Part shown: positions 51,897 to 61,958 of the stretch, piece after piece
How the letters are laid out: every line of letters starts with the position of its first letter
Numbering within the stretch: the first letter of the stretch is position 1
IMG/VR virus record: IMGVR_UViG_3300028601_000023
Span: 64,001-128,000 of that record
Source: a virus
Lineage: Duplodnaviria > Caudoviricetes
Direction: 5' to 3' (one strand)
Length of the DNA: 64,000 bases
Notes under the pieces: generated by a model
The model's database searches: none
The model's input: only the letters and a program-made list of their open reading frames with translations
Told to the model about the DNA's origin: nothing
Translations under genes and position numbers: made by a program

Positions 51897-52799
51897 ATGT
51901 CATTTGCAGCGTTTAAAAAGAAAAGAAATGCGACCGAGATCCTTGAGAAGATGCAGAAGCCAGTTAAATCTTATGAGAAATCTGAGTTTTACTATCCTGT
52001 CATCGACAAAGAAAAGGGTACTGCCTCCGCTGTTATTCGTTTCCTTCCTGGAAAGAATACTGACCTTCCCTATGTAACAGTTTATTCTCATCGTTTTAAG
52101 GGTGATGACGGGCGATGGATGTTCGTTGATCTTTGTGGTACTACTATCGGTAAAGAATGCGGCGTTTGTGGCGCTAACAAGATTCTATGGGAATCTGAAC
52201 AGGAAGCAAAGCGCAAGATTGCTTCTGCGCGGAAACGTGATCGTAAGTATATCTTCAACGTTTTGATTGTACAGGATTCTATGCAGCCTGAGCTTGAAGG
52301 CACCGTTCAACCATATGCCTGTGGTCAGACAATCTTTGATCTGATTACTTCTGCTATGAAACCCGAGTTCGAAGGCGAAGAACTGAAGGATCCTTTTGAT
52401 ATTGATGAAGGAAACAACTTCATGCTTCGTATTCGTCGTGATCCTGCTAAGAACAACCAGGTAACATACGACAAGTCTAAGTTCGACGATACCAAAACTG
52501 CTATCTGTGACGGTAACGAAACAAAACAGAAGGCGGTCTATGAAGCAATGATCGATCTGAATAAGTATATTGATCCTTCTCGTTTGATGGATGATAAAAT
52601 GATGCAGGATAAAGTAGCTGCAGCTTATGCCACTTGTATTGGTGGAAGAGTTGTTGCTCCGGCTGCAAGTATTCCTACTCCGGAGCCCCGTGCATCTAAG
52701 GCTGCAGAAATGGATTCTCCACCTTGGGGTGATGATGAAGAAGGAACTGGATCAGAAGATGAAGATTTGGATTTCTTTCGAAAGCTTGCTAACGAATAG
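51897..52799 (+). CDS. single-stranded DNA binding protein gp32
   Basis: AVIRFLP, H.F...C.TT.G..C.VC, YDKSKF, acidic tail DLDFFRKLA. Confidence 0.95.
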   Translation: MSFAAFKKKRNATEILEKMQKPVKSYEKSEFYYPVIDKEKGTASAVIRFLPGKNTDLPYVTVYSHRFKGDDGRWMFVDLCGTTIGKECGVCGANKILWESEQEAKRKIASARKRDRKYIFNVLIVQDSMQPELEGTVQPYACGQTIFDLITSAMKPEFEGEELKDPFDIDEGNNFMLRIRRDPAKNNQVTYDKSKFDDTKTAICDGNETKQKAVYEAMIDLNKYIDPSRLMDDKMMQDKVAAAYATCIGGRVVAPAASIPTPEPRASKAAEMDSPPWGDDEEGTGSEDEDLDFFRKLANE

Positions 52800-52818
52800 A
52801 TCTATATAGAATCAAATG

Positions 52819-52842
52819 AAAAGGGAGCGAGGCTCCCTTTTT
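52819..52842. terminator. bidirectional intrinsic terminator
   Basis: aaaagggagc-gag-gctcccttttt between convergent genes. Confidence 0.85.
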
Positions 52843-54630
52843 CTATCTCAAAGCGCCAGCAGCAAGTCCACCGAAAGGATCTGTCATATTGATAACTCTG
52901 TTCTGGTGGGTAGTTGAATTCACCGTGTTATTTACTATTGGTTGAACGTTAACATTATTCACATTTGTTTTAGACAATTTTGTTTCATTTGCTTGTTGCG
53001 TTTTCAATCCAGCAACCATGTCTTTGTATGTATACGGCTTCAATGATTCTACAAGTTTCTTTTTACTATCCTGGTCTAACAATTCAAAAGGTTTTGCTTG
53101 AACTTGCGGCGTGGTTCCTGGAATATCAAGTGGATCATAAATAGTCTGTTTCTTTGTTGGTAAAGGCTCTAATTTAGTTGGATCTTCTTTAGGTGTTATA
53201 ACCTTCTTTACCCAATCTGGAAGAATATCATACAGTTTATCAAATACCTTCTTAAACAAATCGGTCACAGGCTTGATAAAGAATTCTTGTATAGTATCTG
53301 TGATAGTTGTAAACGCATTCTTGAATGGTGAAATAATATTATCAAATGTTAGATTTGAAAGAGATTCAAATCCTGAACGAATTGGAGCAATTACAGATTC
53401 ATTAAAAAGATCTTTCAAAAATGTATATGCTTCAACAGCAGGGTCTGATACATATTGCTTGAATAATCCTTGAAGATACGAATATCCTTCTATTACTGGA
53501 TTCACAATATACTTCATAGCCAAACCGGATACATATTCATATCCTTCTTGGGTTTTCGTAATAAACCATTCATACCCGTCAGATATCTTCTGAATAGAAT
53601 ATTCATATCCATCAGCCATCATCATCTTAAACCCTTCATATCCTTCAACGGCCCAGTCCTTCATAGAATTCCAAGCTTCTGCTGTTTTCTCGGTTAGATA
53701 ATTGAATCCTTCTACTGCTTTTAGTTTTATGTTGTCAAAAGCTTCAAAAACAAAATCCTTTACTGCAATAATCTGGTCTTCGAATTTCTTATAGACATAA
53801 CTAAGACCAGATAAAATAAGCATTCCTAGAGGAACAAGAAGCATTCCTTTCAAGAGCATTAGAACACCCTTGGAGAACACACCCATAAATCCCTTGGTGA
53901 ATTTCCCGAAGAAGCTTGTAGAACCAGCTAAACCTGCTGCAGCATCAGCGCCTGCACGAACACGTTCTATTCTGTTTCCAGTAGTTGTGATATCACCGTC
54001 TCGAACAATTGGAGATTCTCTTTCTTCTATTTGAGATTGTCCTTCTTCTTGAGCGTCTCGAATAGCAGAGAAAACTGATTCAGCAACTTCTGTCTGTAAC
54101 TTCTCAGCTCTTTCCTTTTTAGTCTTTCGATTATCCATAAAGTTAGAAGCAAAGTCTCCGATACGAGTTGACAAATAACTGAAGATCGGCGGCATGTCTG
54201 TAAATATAGTAGATAATACACCAGTCACATCACCAATCCTTTTAACAAACTGATTACCCATCCGATCAAAAATAGACGTAGCAGATTTCATTGAATCTAT
54301 AGCAGAGTTGTATGCAGCAAGAGCAACTTCTTTTTCTTTATCTGTTGCAAATACCGAATCTTTAATAGCTGTCTTAATATACTCAAATGATTTGATCTGA
54401 TCAGCTCGTTCTGACATAGAACTTCTAGAAGCTTCTTGTAACTGATCAGCAATGTTTGTCATAATAACATTGAAAGCAGCAGAGTTCCGTTTTAGATCTC
54501 CTGCAACTAACTTCTGTGACTCACGAATCCGGAGCTCAACAGACTTCATTGAGTTACCAGCTTTCTCTCGTTCTATAGCTTCCTGAATGGTTGTTTCACC
54601 ATTGTTGTTTTCTGGTCTTGGTAGCGCCAT
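52843..54630 (-). CDS. baseplate hub / tape measure protein (gp29-like)
   Basis: helical, TM segment, ~11-residue W/F periodicity, N-rich C-terminus. Confidence 0.7.
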   Translation of the reverse strand: MALPRPENNNGETTIQEAIEREKAGNSMKSVELRIRESQKLVAGDLKRNSAAFNVIMTNIADQLQEASRSSMSERADQIKSFEYIKTAIKDSVFATDKEKEVALAAYNSAIDSMKSATSIFDRMGNQFVKRIGDVTGVLSTIFTDMPPIFSYLSTRIGDFASNFMDNRKTKKERAEKLQTEVAESVFSAIRDAQEEGQSQIEERESPIVRDGDITTTGNRIERVRAGADAAAGLAGSTSFFGKFTKGFMGVFSKGVLMLLKGMLLVPLGMLILSGLSYVYKKFEDQIIAVKDFVFEAFDNIKLKAVEGFNYLTEKTAEAWNSMKDWAVEGYEGFKMMMADGYEYSIQKISDGYEWFITKTQEGYEYVSGLAMKYIVNPVIEGYSYLQGLFKQYVSDPAVEAYTFLKDLFNESVIAPIRSGFESLSNLTFDNIISPFKNAFTTITDTIQEFFIKPVTDLFKKVFDKLYDILPDWVKKVITPKEDPTKLEPLPTKKQTIYDPLDIPGTTPQVQAKPFELLDQDSKKKLVESLKPYTYKDMVAGLKTQQANETKLSKTNVNNVNVQPIVNNTVNSTTHQNRVINMTDPFGGLAAGALR

Positions 54631-54654
54631 TTTAATATCCTTTTATCTGGTACA

Positions 54655-54819
54655 CTAAGTGTCATCTTTATCAGATTGTATCAAGCCAACTAACAGTTCT
54701 AATTCAAAGGGAATTAGATCATATAAATCTGAATATGAAATTCCCCTATATTTGTTTATAGAATATAGCAGCTTGTACTGATCTAATAGACTTACCCCAG
54801 CGTACCTACTTCGAAAAAA
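54655..54819 (-). CDS. gp51-like hub assembly segment, probably reached by -1 frameshift
   Basis: LLDQYKLLY...ISYSDLYDLIPFE; slippery site T TTT TTC at 54819-54813. Confidence 0.6.
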   Translation of the reverse strand, partial: FFRSRYAGVSLLDQYKLLYSINKYRGISYSDLYDLIPFELELLVGLIQSDKDDT

Positions 54820-55526
54820 CTTTCTACACCCCTGTAATCTAGTTCTTCTTCCACATGACACTTCGGACATTTGATCTTAACTTTTAGAACAGCATCTGGC
54901 ATCTGTGAGAAAAAGTCTTTGAAACGTTTCAGAGCATCTTCTGGTAGAGCAAGAACCCATTCATAGATCTCATCATCAGAGAAATCGGTAAATACTTCAT
55001 CTTCCTGATAAACAGAGTCGATGCTATAAGCGTAGAGTCTCATATTGTATTCTATTTCATCTGTAGAATGTTTCTTGGCTTTACGAATAGTTGCAATCGA
55101 TGGATATACCAATTTCATTTTGATTGATTCATCTACATCAACCAGAGTATTCTGAGTGACACCTTCAATCTTGACGTCGTTTAGATCAATTGGTACTGTG
55201 AATTTTGTTCCACATTTTGATCCGTCTTCTAATAGATTATTGCAAAGCAAAGCAGCATTAGTAATAGATCCTTTTGAGATTCCAATAATAGCAATAAATG
55301 CAATTACAAGATCCGGCATTGCGAGTTGATCTATACGAATAGAATCATCATCGATGCAATTGCTAATCATCTGTATAATAGAATCTTCAATATCTTCTGT
55401 GTTGCCCGCTTCTTTTGCAAGCAATAGGGTCTTCTCTTCTTTCAAAGTGATTGCTCTAATTCTAACAGTCTTTCCCAATATAGGAAGATCACATTTGGTC
55501 GTTGGTAACGTAACTTTAGGTAACAC
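54792..55526 (-). CDS. baseplate hub assembly protein gp26-like
   Basis: LPK..LP....LP..GK.V..R....KEEK.LL.AKE, CPKC. Confidence 0.85.
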   Translation of the reverse strand: MLPKVTLPTTKCDLPILGKTVRIRAITLKEEKTLLLAKEAGNTEDIEDSIIQMISNCIDDDSIRIDQLAMPDLVIAFIAIIGISKGSITNAALLCNNLLEDGSKCGTKFTVPIDLNDVKIEGVTQNTLVDVDESIKMKLVYPSIATIRKAKKHSTDEIEYNMRLYAYSIDSVYQEDEVFTDFSDDEIYEWVLALPEDALKRFKDFFSQMPDAVLKVKIKCPKCHVEEELDYRGVESFFEVGTLG

Positions 55527-56108
55527 TTATGCCTCCAATTTTCTTGTATAAAGTAACTTGTATTGTCTATAGTTGACTGATGCTGAAAACGTCTGAACTT
55601 CTACAGCTTCATTATGAGACAATTGTAATCCGCCATATGAAATCAAATTGCAGTAGTTGAATTCATGCATAAGAACTTGATTGTTTGCCTTGTCATACTC
55701 AGACACATTGATATCTACTACGGTATCATTGGGGTACGCGTATGCGCGAGTCTGTTGATTATAGATTGCAGCACCCCAGTTATGAAATGAATCATATTCT
55801 TGTCCAGTGTTATATACAGTCAAATCAAGCTGTCCAAAATCAGCTGAGATCGTTGCATGAGTCTGAGTGCTTGGAATCTGTTTGGTATTAAAATTCACAG
55901 TCGGCAGAGCAACTGTATTGATCAGCATTCCAATATTAGAATCAAAGATATTCCGCGTTTTGACTCCTACTGGAACGATTCTGATGATATACTTATTACC
56001 AAACAAGAATCCGCGTTTCAGTTCATTGTTTATTGATTCCATCCGGAAGATTTGAATTACTTCCGGACTGAATCTTGAATTGCTTAAATATGACGTATTA
56101 TAATACAT
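55527..56108 (-). CDS. tail tube/baseplate junction protein (gp54/gp19-like)
   Basis: TVALP, F..W...I, L.H.....V.TF....Y. Confidence 0.6.
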   Translation of the reverse strand: MYYNTSYLSNSRFSPEVIQIFRMESINNELKRGFLFGNKYIIRIVPVGVKTRNIFDSNIGMLINTVALPTVNFNTKQIPSTQTHATISADFGQLDLTVYNTGQEYDSFHNWGAAIYNQQTRAYAYPNDTVVDINVSEYDKANNQVLMHEFNYCNLISYGGLQLSHNEAVEVQTFSASVNYRQYKLLYTRKLEA

Positions 56109-56111
56109 AGA

Positions 56112-56663
56112 CTAACCTCTGTTTCTATCTTTCCATACTGAAGTAGCAGTTGCCTTGTGAAAGTGAGCTAATGGAAGTTCAATTATATTAATCCATTCGT
56201 TCATCGGTACTTCAATCAATTTTGTTCTCATATGCGAAAAAAGATATCTTTTAAAGCAGTGCTTCCATCTTGAATGAGATAACCCAAGAAGCTTCTTATA
56301 AGATATAGTAATATTATTTATACTACGACCGGATACAAGTTTTTGAAAAGGAACTAATTGTTCTAATAGATATTGACGTTCTTTAATCGGAAGATAGTGA
56401 AAGTTCAGACCATAGAATCCTCCGGGAGCAGCATCAACCAAAATGATACATGGGTTAGAATCCCAGTACGGCAATTTGTCTTTAGTCTTTGCGTCATAAA
56501 CCATTAGATACATTCTACCAACTTTTGGTCTAGAGACCTGTTTGACGTTTGGCATTTCATTCTTAATCTTATTGAATAACCAGTTCATAGATCTACGAGC
56601 ATTTCTTGATACCGTAGATTTAGTAATCCCACCAAGGACTTCTTTTGCAAATTGATTTATCAT
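56112..56663 (-). CDS. DNA end protector gp2
   Basis: YDAKTKDKLPYWD, GLNFHYLP, CFKRYL. Confidence 0.92.
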   Translation of the reverse strand: MINQFAKEVLGGITKSTVSRNARRSMNWLFNKIKNEMPNVKQVSRPKVGRMYLMVYDAKTKDKLPYWDSNPCIILVDAAPGGFYGLNFHYLPIKERQYLLEQLVPFQKLVSGRSINNITISYKKLLGLSHSRWKHCFKRYLFSHMRTKLIEVPMNEWINIIELPLAHFHKATATSVWKDRNRG

Positions 56664-57175
56664 TTCTTTTTACCTTTAGCTTTAAATAAATGTCTTTCAG
56701 TAACTACACAGAATTCAAATCCTCTCATCTGACAATACTTTTTGGCTGCTTCCCATTTTGCTTGGTTGACCATGTAAGTTTTCATCTGTTCTTTGAATTG
56801 TGCTTTTGCTTTTTCTGTTAGCAATCGTTTGACGACCGGAGTAATAGTCTGAGCAAACGGTTTGATCTCGACTAAGAATTTCTTTATAGTTCCATCCTTC
56901 TGTCTAACAGCAATAAAGAAGTCGATGAAATACCGATGTTGTTTGTTATCTATAGGAGATATGTACGGAATGACAACTTCTTCTGATGCGTATTGAACAA
57001 TAGCAGGATTCTCATCACACCACTGAATGAATTTTCGCTCCCATGAAGATCTATAGACGATGGATGTAGGATTACCCATATATTTAGACGGATTCTTCGG
57101 ACGATAGTATCCCTGATGATATCGGCTCTTCCGGGATATCGTTGGTTTTTTTGTAGTACTGTTGATATGACTCAT
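56660..57175 (-). CDS. head completion nuclease gp4
   Basis: PKNPSKYMG, YRSSWE, HRYFIDF, EIKP, NQAKWEAA. Confidence 0.92.
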   Translation of the reverse strand: MSHINSTTKKPTISRKSRYHQGYYRPKNPSKYMGNPTSIVYRSSWERKFIQWCDENPAIVQYASEEVVIPYISPIDNKQHRYFIDFFIAVRQKDGTIKKFLVEIKPFAQTITPVVKRLLTEKAKAQFKEQMKTYMVNQAKWEAAKKYCQMRGFEFCVVTERHLFKAKGKKK

Positions 57176-57270
57176 GTATATATTTATTGACGGCAAAAAC
57201 CGCGGCAAAAGCACCTTTAAAGCAATGACCTATAACCTGCTTATATAATTAATGTTTTTGAATTTTCATC

Positions 57271-57634
57271 AATTTTGTTGGTAAATATACAGCAATTTTC
57301 GTCAATTTCGGGAATAGTCAATTAATTCAACAGGTTAGATGAAATATAGACACACTCTAAGTGGTTGATTTAATTCAACATTTGTAGATACCGTTATTTT
57401 CCACAACATTTTTCGTAATTGCGGAGCAAATGACTATAAAGTGGCTATAGCTGAAGTTTTATTCTGTAGATTTTTATGGAAACTAACTGAAAGGAGCGAA
57501 GCTAAATCTTTCCACTGAGGGAACCGAAGTGGATGTCCGCAAGGACAAAACTCTGATGAGATTTTATTAGATCACCGGAGTGAATACCTAAAGTAGACAG
57601 CTGAAAGTATTTTTAGACTAAAACTTTAGAGTCT
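57271..57634. repeat. dispersed non-coding repeat copy B (origin-like)
   Basis: matches 20490-20854. Confidence 0.95.
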
Positions 57635-58228
57635 TCATGGAATGATAGAAATAATTTAAAAGTATATCTATCAGCTTATAGTTATATTGACGAGCTTCTA
57701 ATTGATAGATGAATTTCAATATCAACTAATTGATCATTCTCCGGTTCCCTCCGAATGATACCGTCACTAGTTCCTAGTGACAATGGTTTTAATGGTTCCT
57801 TTAAAATTCTATTCTAAATACCTTTATTGTTCGTTATTTCTAGATCCAAAACCAATAGGTTTTTAATCTAAGCAATTAAATTTATTCTAATCTCATTCTC
57901 CGGTTCCCTCCGAATGACCGTCGCCAGTTCCTGGCTCCGATATTTTGTTGGTCCTTATTTACTATTCTTGAAGTTTATAAATATCAATTAACGATTCTTT
58001 TAAATTTATTCTATTATTTTATATTATGTCCCTCCAAAACCAATTTAAACTGAATGTAAAGTATTGAAATTGGAAGGCCAGGCCAAAACTGATTGACAAT
58101 TGGATGATGGTTGATATATGAATTGTTATTCAGTCTAATGAAACAAATATCAACCTTGGCTGAATTGCCTATTGACAGATATCTAGAAATGTTATAAATA
58201 TATCAAATCTTGTGGAATTAGGAGTCAT

Positions 58229-60070
58229 ATGTTTGTTTCCAGAAAACATCTAGCCGAACATTTGTCAGCAATAGAAGAGAATGAACTTTCAGCCGAAATC
58301 TTTATTGCTGATAAAATTCTCAATCATCCTGTTTTTTGTGACATTATCAACCCAGATCACAATTTTTCAACCGATACCGTCTTTAATAAAGCCATCTATG
58401 ATAAACTTGTTGCTGCTGCAACGCTAACAACAATATATCATTATCTTCGTGCGTCTAATATATCAATGTATGAGCAGTTTGCTGTAACTCCTTATATATT
58501 GAGCAAGTTCTATAGATTTGATAGAGATGTATTTCTCGGCTATGGTGCCGGAATTACACGCATGACAAAAGAAGATAAGCCGTCATCTTATTTAAGTCCT
58601 TTTATAACTCATGTACAGCGCGGATACTATTTCTATAAGAACTGTCCTCAAAATAAGCTTCCAGAATATAGATTCACACAAGAAGCACTTGATCTATTGT
58701 TGACTATTGATTCAGATGATACTAAATATATCAAAATAGATCTTAAAAAGCATTATACTGCAGTTGCTGAATATTCTTCAGAAATTTCGCGCCGTGGACA
58801 ATTTGTAAATAAAGTTGAAGTTCCAGTCTTGGTATATAATGGAAAAGAATATACTAGAGGTAATGTTAGTTCTGCTATTGCTCATTTCTCCAAACAAAAA
58901 GGTCATCCATACGTTATTTGGAATAAAGAATATAAAAATGAAATACTTCCGAAGATGATTGAAGAATTTTATTCTCTTTATTCGTTTCCGGAAGTAAAAG
59001 TTCCGACCTCTCCAACAGCTAAAGAACTATTTGAATCTTCTACTATTAAAGTATATTCATATGACGAGTTCAAATCTGAGTTTTATGAGATCGCTTTAGG
59101 AACTCCATGGTTGACAAAACAGAAAAATACTGTTTTTGAACATACCGCTCAGCTCGATCTATCAAACATTGAAGATTTAATTGCTAACGAATCAAATAAC
59201 TTACATGTAATCGCAACACTTGAACTAATTAAGTATGAGGCGTTCAAGACTAACAATAATATTAAGCTCGAATATCATAGATCTCAGCATGGAAGACTCT
59301 ACCAATCAGGACCGTCTCTGCAAATGTTACCCAAAGCAATTCGCAAGAAACTGTTGTCCAAATATACTGAAATTGATATTGCTTCATCAGTCTATTCTAT
59401 TGTTTATAATTATGCAAAGAACAATAACTACACTGGTTCAATGGACCATATCACCAATTATGTAGATGATCCTCATGGATTTCGAAAGAAGCTCCATTCT
59501 AATCTATCTGAAATTGATCCAACTGTGACGGAAGATTATGTTAAAACTAATCTGATTGCTGTTGCTTATGGTGCTAATTATAATGCTAACTATATTGGGT
59601 TTGATGCTCGTAAGAAATGTCCTCAGACTATAGCTGTCACGACTTCCGGCTATACTATGACAGATGTCCCAGAACGGTTAGCAGACAACAAAGACTTCCA
59701 GAATCTCATTGCAGATTTCCGTGGAATTGTCAAATGGTATATAGATAATCATAAAGTAAAGACAGAAACTGGAACATATTTTGAGAACGCTCTTGGTGCT
59801 AAGATGAAACTTGAACGTGGAACATCCCTTGGCAAGAAATTGGCTCATATGTATCAGGCTCTAGAAGTCATTATTCTCGAAAAAATGGCATCAGTCCCAG
59901 TACCGAAGTATGGAAATCTATCGCTGAAGAGTACTCGAAACGGTATTGGTCTAATGCTTCATGATGGAATCTACGTATTGAAAGAACATTTTGAAGGTAT
60001 TCCAGATGTTAGTAAGTATTTCAACGAGTTCATCAAGAATGCTTTGGGATATGATCTGAGATTTGATTGA
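58229..60070 (+). CDS. PolA/T7-RNAP-superfamily polymerase-domain protein lacking exonuclease domains
   Basis: HGRLYQ..PSLQMLPK.IR, motif A EIDIAS, motif B K-x7-YG (KTNLIAVAYG), YQALE, motif C LMLHDGIY. Confidence 0.75.
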   Translation: MFVSRKHLAEHLSAIEENELSAEIFIADKILNHPVFCDIINPDHNFSTDTVFNKAIYDKLVAAATLTTIYHYLRASNISMYEQFAVTPYILSKFYRFDRDVFLGYGAGITRMTKEDKPSSYLSPFITHVQRGYYFYKNCPQNKLPEYRFTQEALDLLLTIDSDDTKYIKIDLKKHYTAVAEYSSEISRRGQFVNKVEVPVLVYNGKEYTRGNVSSAIAHFSKQKGHPYVIWNKEYKNEILPKMIEEFYSLYSFPEVKVPTSPTAKELFESSTIKVYSYDEFKSEFYEIALGTPWLTKQKNTVFEHTAQLDLSNIEDLIANESNNLHVIATLELIKYEAFKTNNNIKLEYHRSQHGRLYQSGPSLQMLPKAIRKKLLSKYTEIDIASSVYSIVYNYAKNNNYTGSMDHITNYVDDPHGFRKKLHSNLSEIDPTVTEDYVKTNLIAVAYGANYNANYIGFDARKKCPQTIAVTTSGYTMTDVPERLADNKDFQNLIADFRGIVKWYIDNHKVKTETGTYFENALGAKMKLERGTSLGKKLAHMYQALEVIILEKMASVPVPKYGNLSLKSTRNGIGLMLHDGIYVLKEHFEGIPDVSKYFNEFIKNALGYDLRFD

Positions 60071-60124
60071 CAGTAACGACAAAATATTTTACAAAAACCG
60101 ATAAACAATGTTCAGGAGGCAAGC

Positions 60125-61057
60125 TTGAAACGACCAAGTATTCATGTCAGAGGTAGAAATGCGACCGAAGCATTTGAGAACGCAATTGTAACTTTAAAGG
60201 ACGACCCGGATTTTATTTGTTCCCCTAGAGGACAGAAGATCCACGAATGCATTAATGCCGTAGTAGAAGTTGATGACATTCATGACAATGTTGTATGGAC
60301 ACCAGATCGAAAGATCTCTCTAAAGTACTTAGTTGCTGAATTGTGTTGGTATCTATCTGGAGACCAATCTAGAATCGGCGCCAATGCTATTGCTCATTAT
60401 GCAAAGTTCTGGGATTCTATTCGTAATCCAGACGGAACGCTTAATTCTAACTATGGACATTATATCTTTAAACGTATGGGATCAGTTCTTCCATATTTTA
60501 CTGATGCACACACTGATTACTTTGAAAAAAATCAATTTCAATACGTAGTAGAAAAACTAAAAGAAGATAAAGATTCTCGTCAAGCGATTATCAATATTAA
60601 TTCTATTCATCACAAACGATTTCCAACAAAAGACTTTCCTTGTACTACATCTATTCAGTTTATGATCCGTGAAGATGTACTCTATATGACTGTTCATATG
60701 AGATCTTGTGATATTGTTCTTGGGTACTGCAATGATGTCTTTCAGTTCTGTCATATTCAGAAATTAGTATGGCGAGAATTGTCTGAGGTTTATCCAGCCC
60801 TAGAATGCGGATCTTATACACTTATGGCAAATTCTTTGCATCTCTATGAACGTCATTTTGATATGGCTGATAAGATTAGTGAAGCAGATGGAACCGAAAC
60901 TCCTGTTATGAACTCTACTGATTATTATTGTCCTACACTTGAAGAATATGAATCGTTACTTGGATTTGAAGCTGCTTTGCGTCTACATGGAAATGCAGCA
61001 AATCTAACATACAAACCAGAACTCATTCAGAAATATACAACTTGGTTAAGGGGTTAA
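60125..61057 (+). CDS. thymidylate synthase homolog, dCMP hydroxymethylase type (gp42-like)
   Basis: NSNYG, DSRQA, DFPCT, MRSCDIVLGYCND, SLHLYERHF. Confidence 0.8.
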   Translation: MKRPSIHVRGRNATEAFENAIVTLKDDPDFICSPRGQKIHECINAVVEVDDIHDNVVWTPDRKISLKYLVAELCWYLSGDQSRIGANAIAHYAKFWDSIRNPDGTLNSNYGHYIFKRMGSVLPYFTDAHTDYFEKNQFQYVVEKLKEDKDSRQAIININSIHHKRFPTKDFPCTTSIQFMIREDVLYMTVHMRSCDIVLGYCNDVFQFCHIQKLVWRELSEVYPALECGSYTLMANSLHLYERHFDMADKISEADGTETPVMNSTDYYCPTLEEYESLLGFEAALRLHGNAANLTYKPELIQKYTTWLRG

Positions 61058-61058
61058 A

Positions 61059-61595
61059 ATGGCTATTATCGTTGAAGGAATTGACAATATTGGTAAGTCT
61101 ACGTTCATTCAGAAACTTCGGAATGAAGCCTTTCCCTGGCCTGTAGTGCATTCATCTAAACCAGAAAAACTAAAGGTTCTAGGAGATTCCGAATCTCTTT
61201 ATCAGATGCATTACTTTTCTACATGGTTTAATATGATGTCAGCAAGAAAATCTAATGTTATCTTTGATCGTCTACATCTCGGTGAATGGGTTTATGCTCC
61301 TCTGTATCGTGGATATACTCCAACGTTTATTCCTGTTCTGCCTAGAGCTCGTCTTGATACTATTCTTGTTCTACTAAAAGCAAATGATTTCTCCCTGATC
61401 GTTGATGATGGAAAATCTATTGATGCTAGTAATATGAAAAAAGAACAAGAATTGTTTCTAGATGCTTTCAAAAAGGATGAGATCTGCTTCAATAAACAGA
61501 TCATTGAGATTGATTGTGACGGCGTTCGAAAGACTGTAGACGAATTGTATGATGAATTTATGAAGGTCTGGAAACAAATGCTTCAGTCAATGTAA
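61059..61595 (+). CDS. thymidylate-kinase-like dNMP kinase
   Basis: IVEGIDNIGKST, FDRLHLGE.VY.P.YRG. Confidence 0.85.
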   Translation: MAIIVEGIDNIGKSTFIQKLRNEAFPWPVVHSSKPEKLKVLGDSESLYQMHYFSTWFNMMSARKSNVIFDRLHLGEWVYAPLYRGYTPTFIPVLPRARLDTILVLLKANDFSLIVDDGKSIDASNMKKEQELFLDAFKKDEICFNKQIIEIDCDGVRKTVDELYDEFMKVWKQMLQSM

Positions 61596-61665
61596 GCATT
61601 TCCTTCTATATAAATAACAATGGGCGAGGCAGCAATGTCTTGCCTTTTCTATTTTGGAGGTCTAT

Positions 61666-61950
61666 ATGCCTGGAGTTTGCCGTCTTGGAGATACATCAAC
61701 TGGAGCATGCAAGTGTTGTCCAATTACTAACATCGGGGCTAATAGTAATGTTCTGATCAATGGATTACCACCAGCAAAAGTTGGAGATCTTTGGGGATAT
61801 CATAAATGTGGTTGCAGTCATTCTAAAGAAAACTGTGTGATAGGTAATTCATCTGTATTAGTAAATGGATCTCCGATAGTAACAGTTGGAACAAAATTGT
61901 CTAATGGTGATTCTACAGGATCTGGATCTTCTGATGTAATGGTAGGATAA
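61666..61950 (+). CDS. PAAR spike tip protein (gp5.4-like)
   Basis: RLGD, VLING.P.A..GD, GSSDV; late promoter at 61609. Confidence 0.88.
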   Translation: MPGVCRLGDTSTGACKCCPITNIGANSNVLINGLPPAKVGDLWGYHKCGCSHSKENCVIGNSSVLVNGSPIVTVGTKLSNGDSTGSGSSDVMVG

Positions 61951-61958
61951 ATAGAATT

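Noticed and set aside
58229-60070. Reverse transcriptase/retron or the main replicative polymerase
   Set aside because: No YxDD RT motif, no exonuclease domains, and motifs fit the PolA superfamily rather than family B
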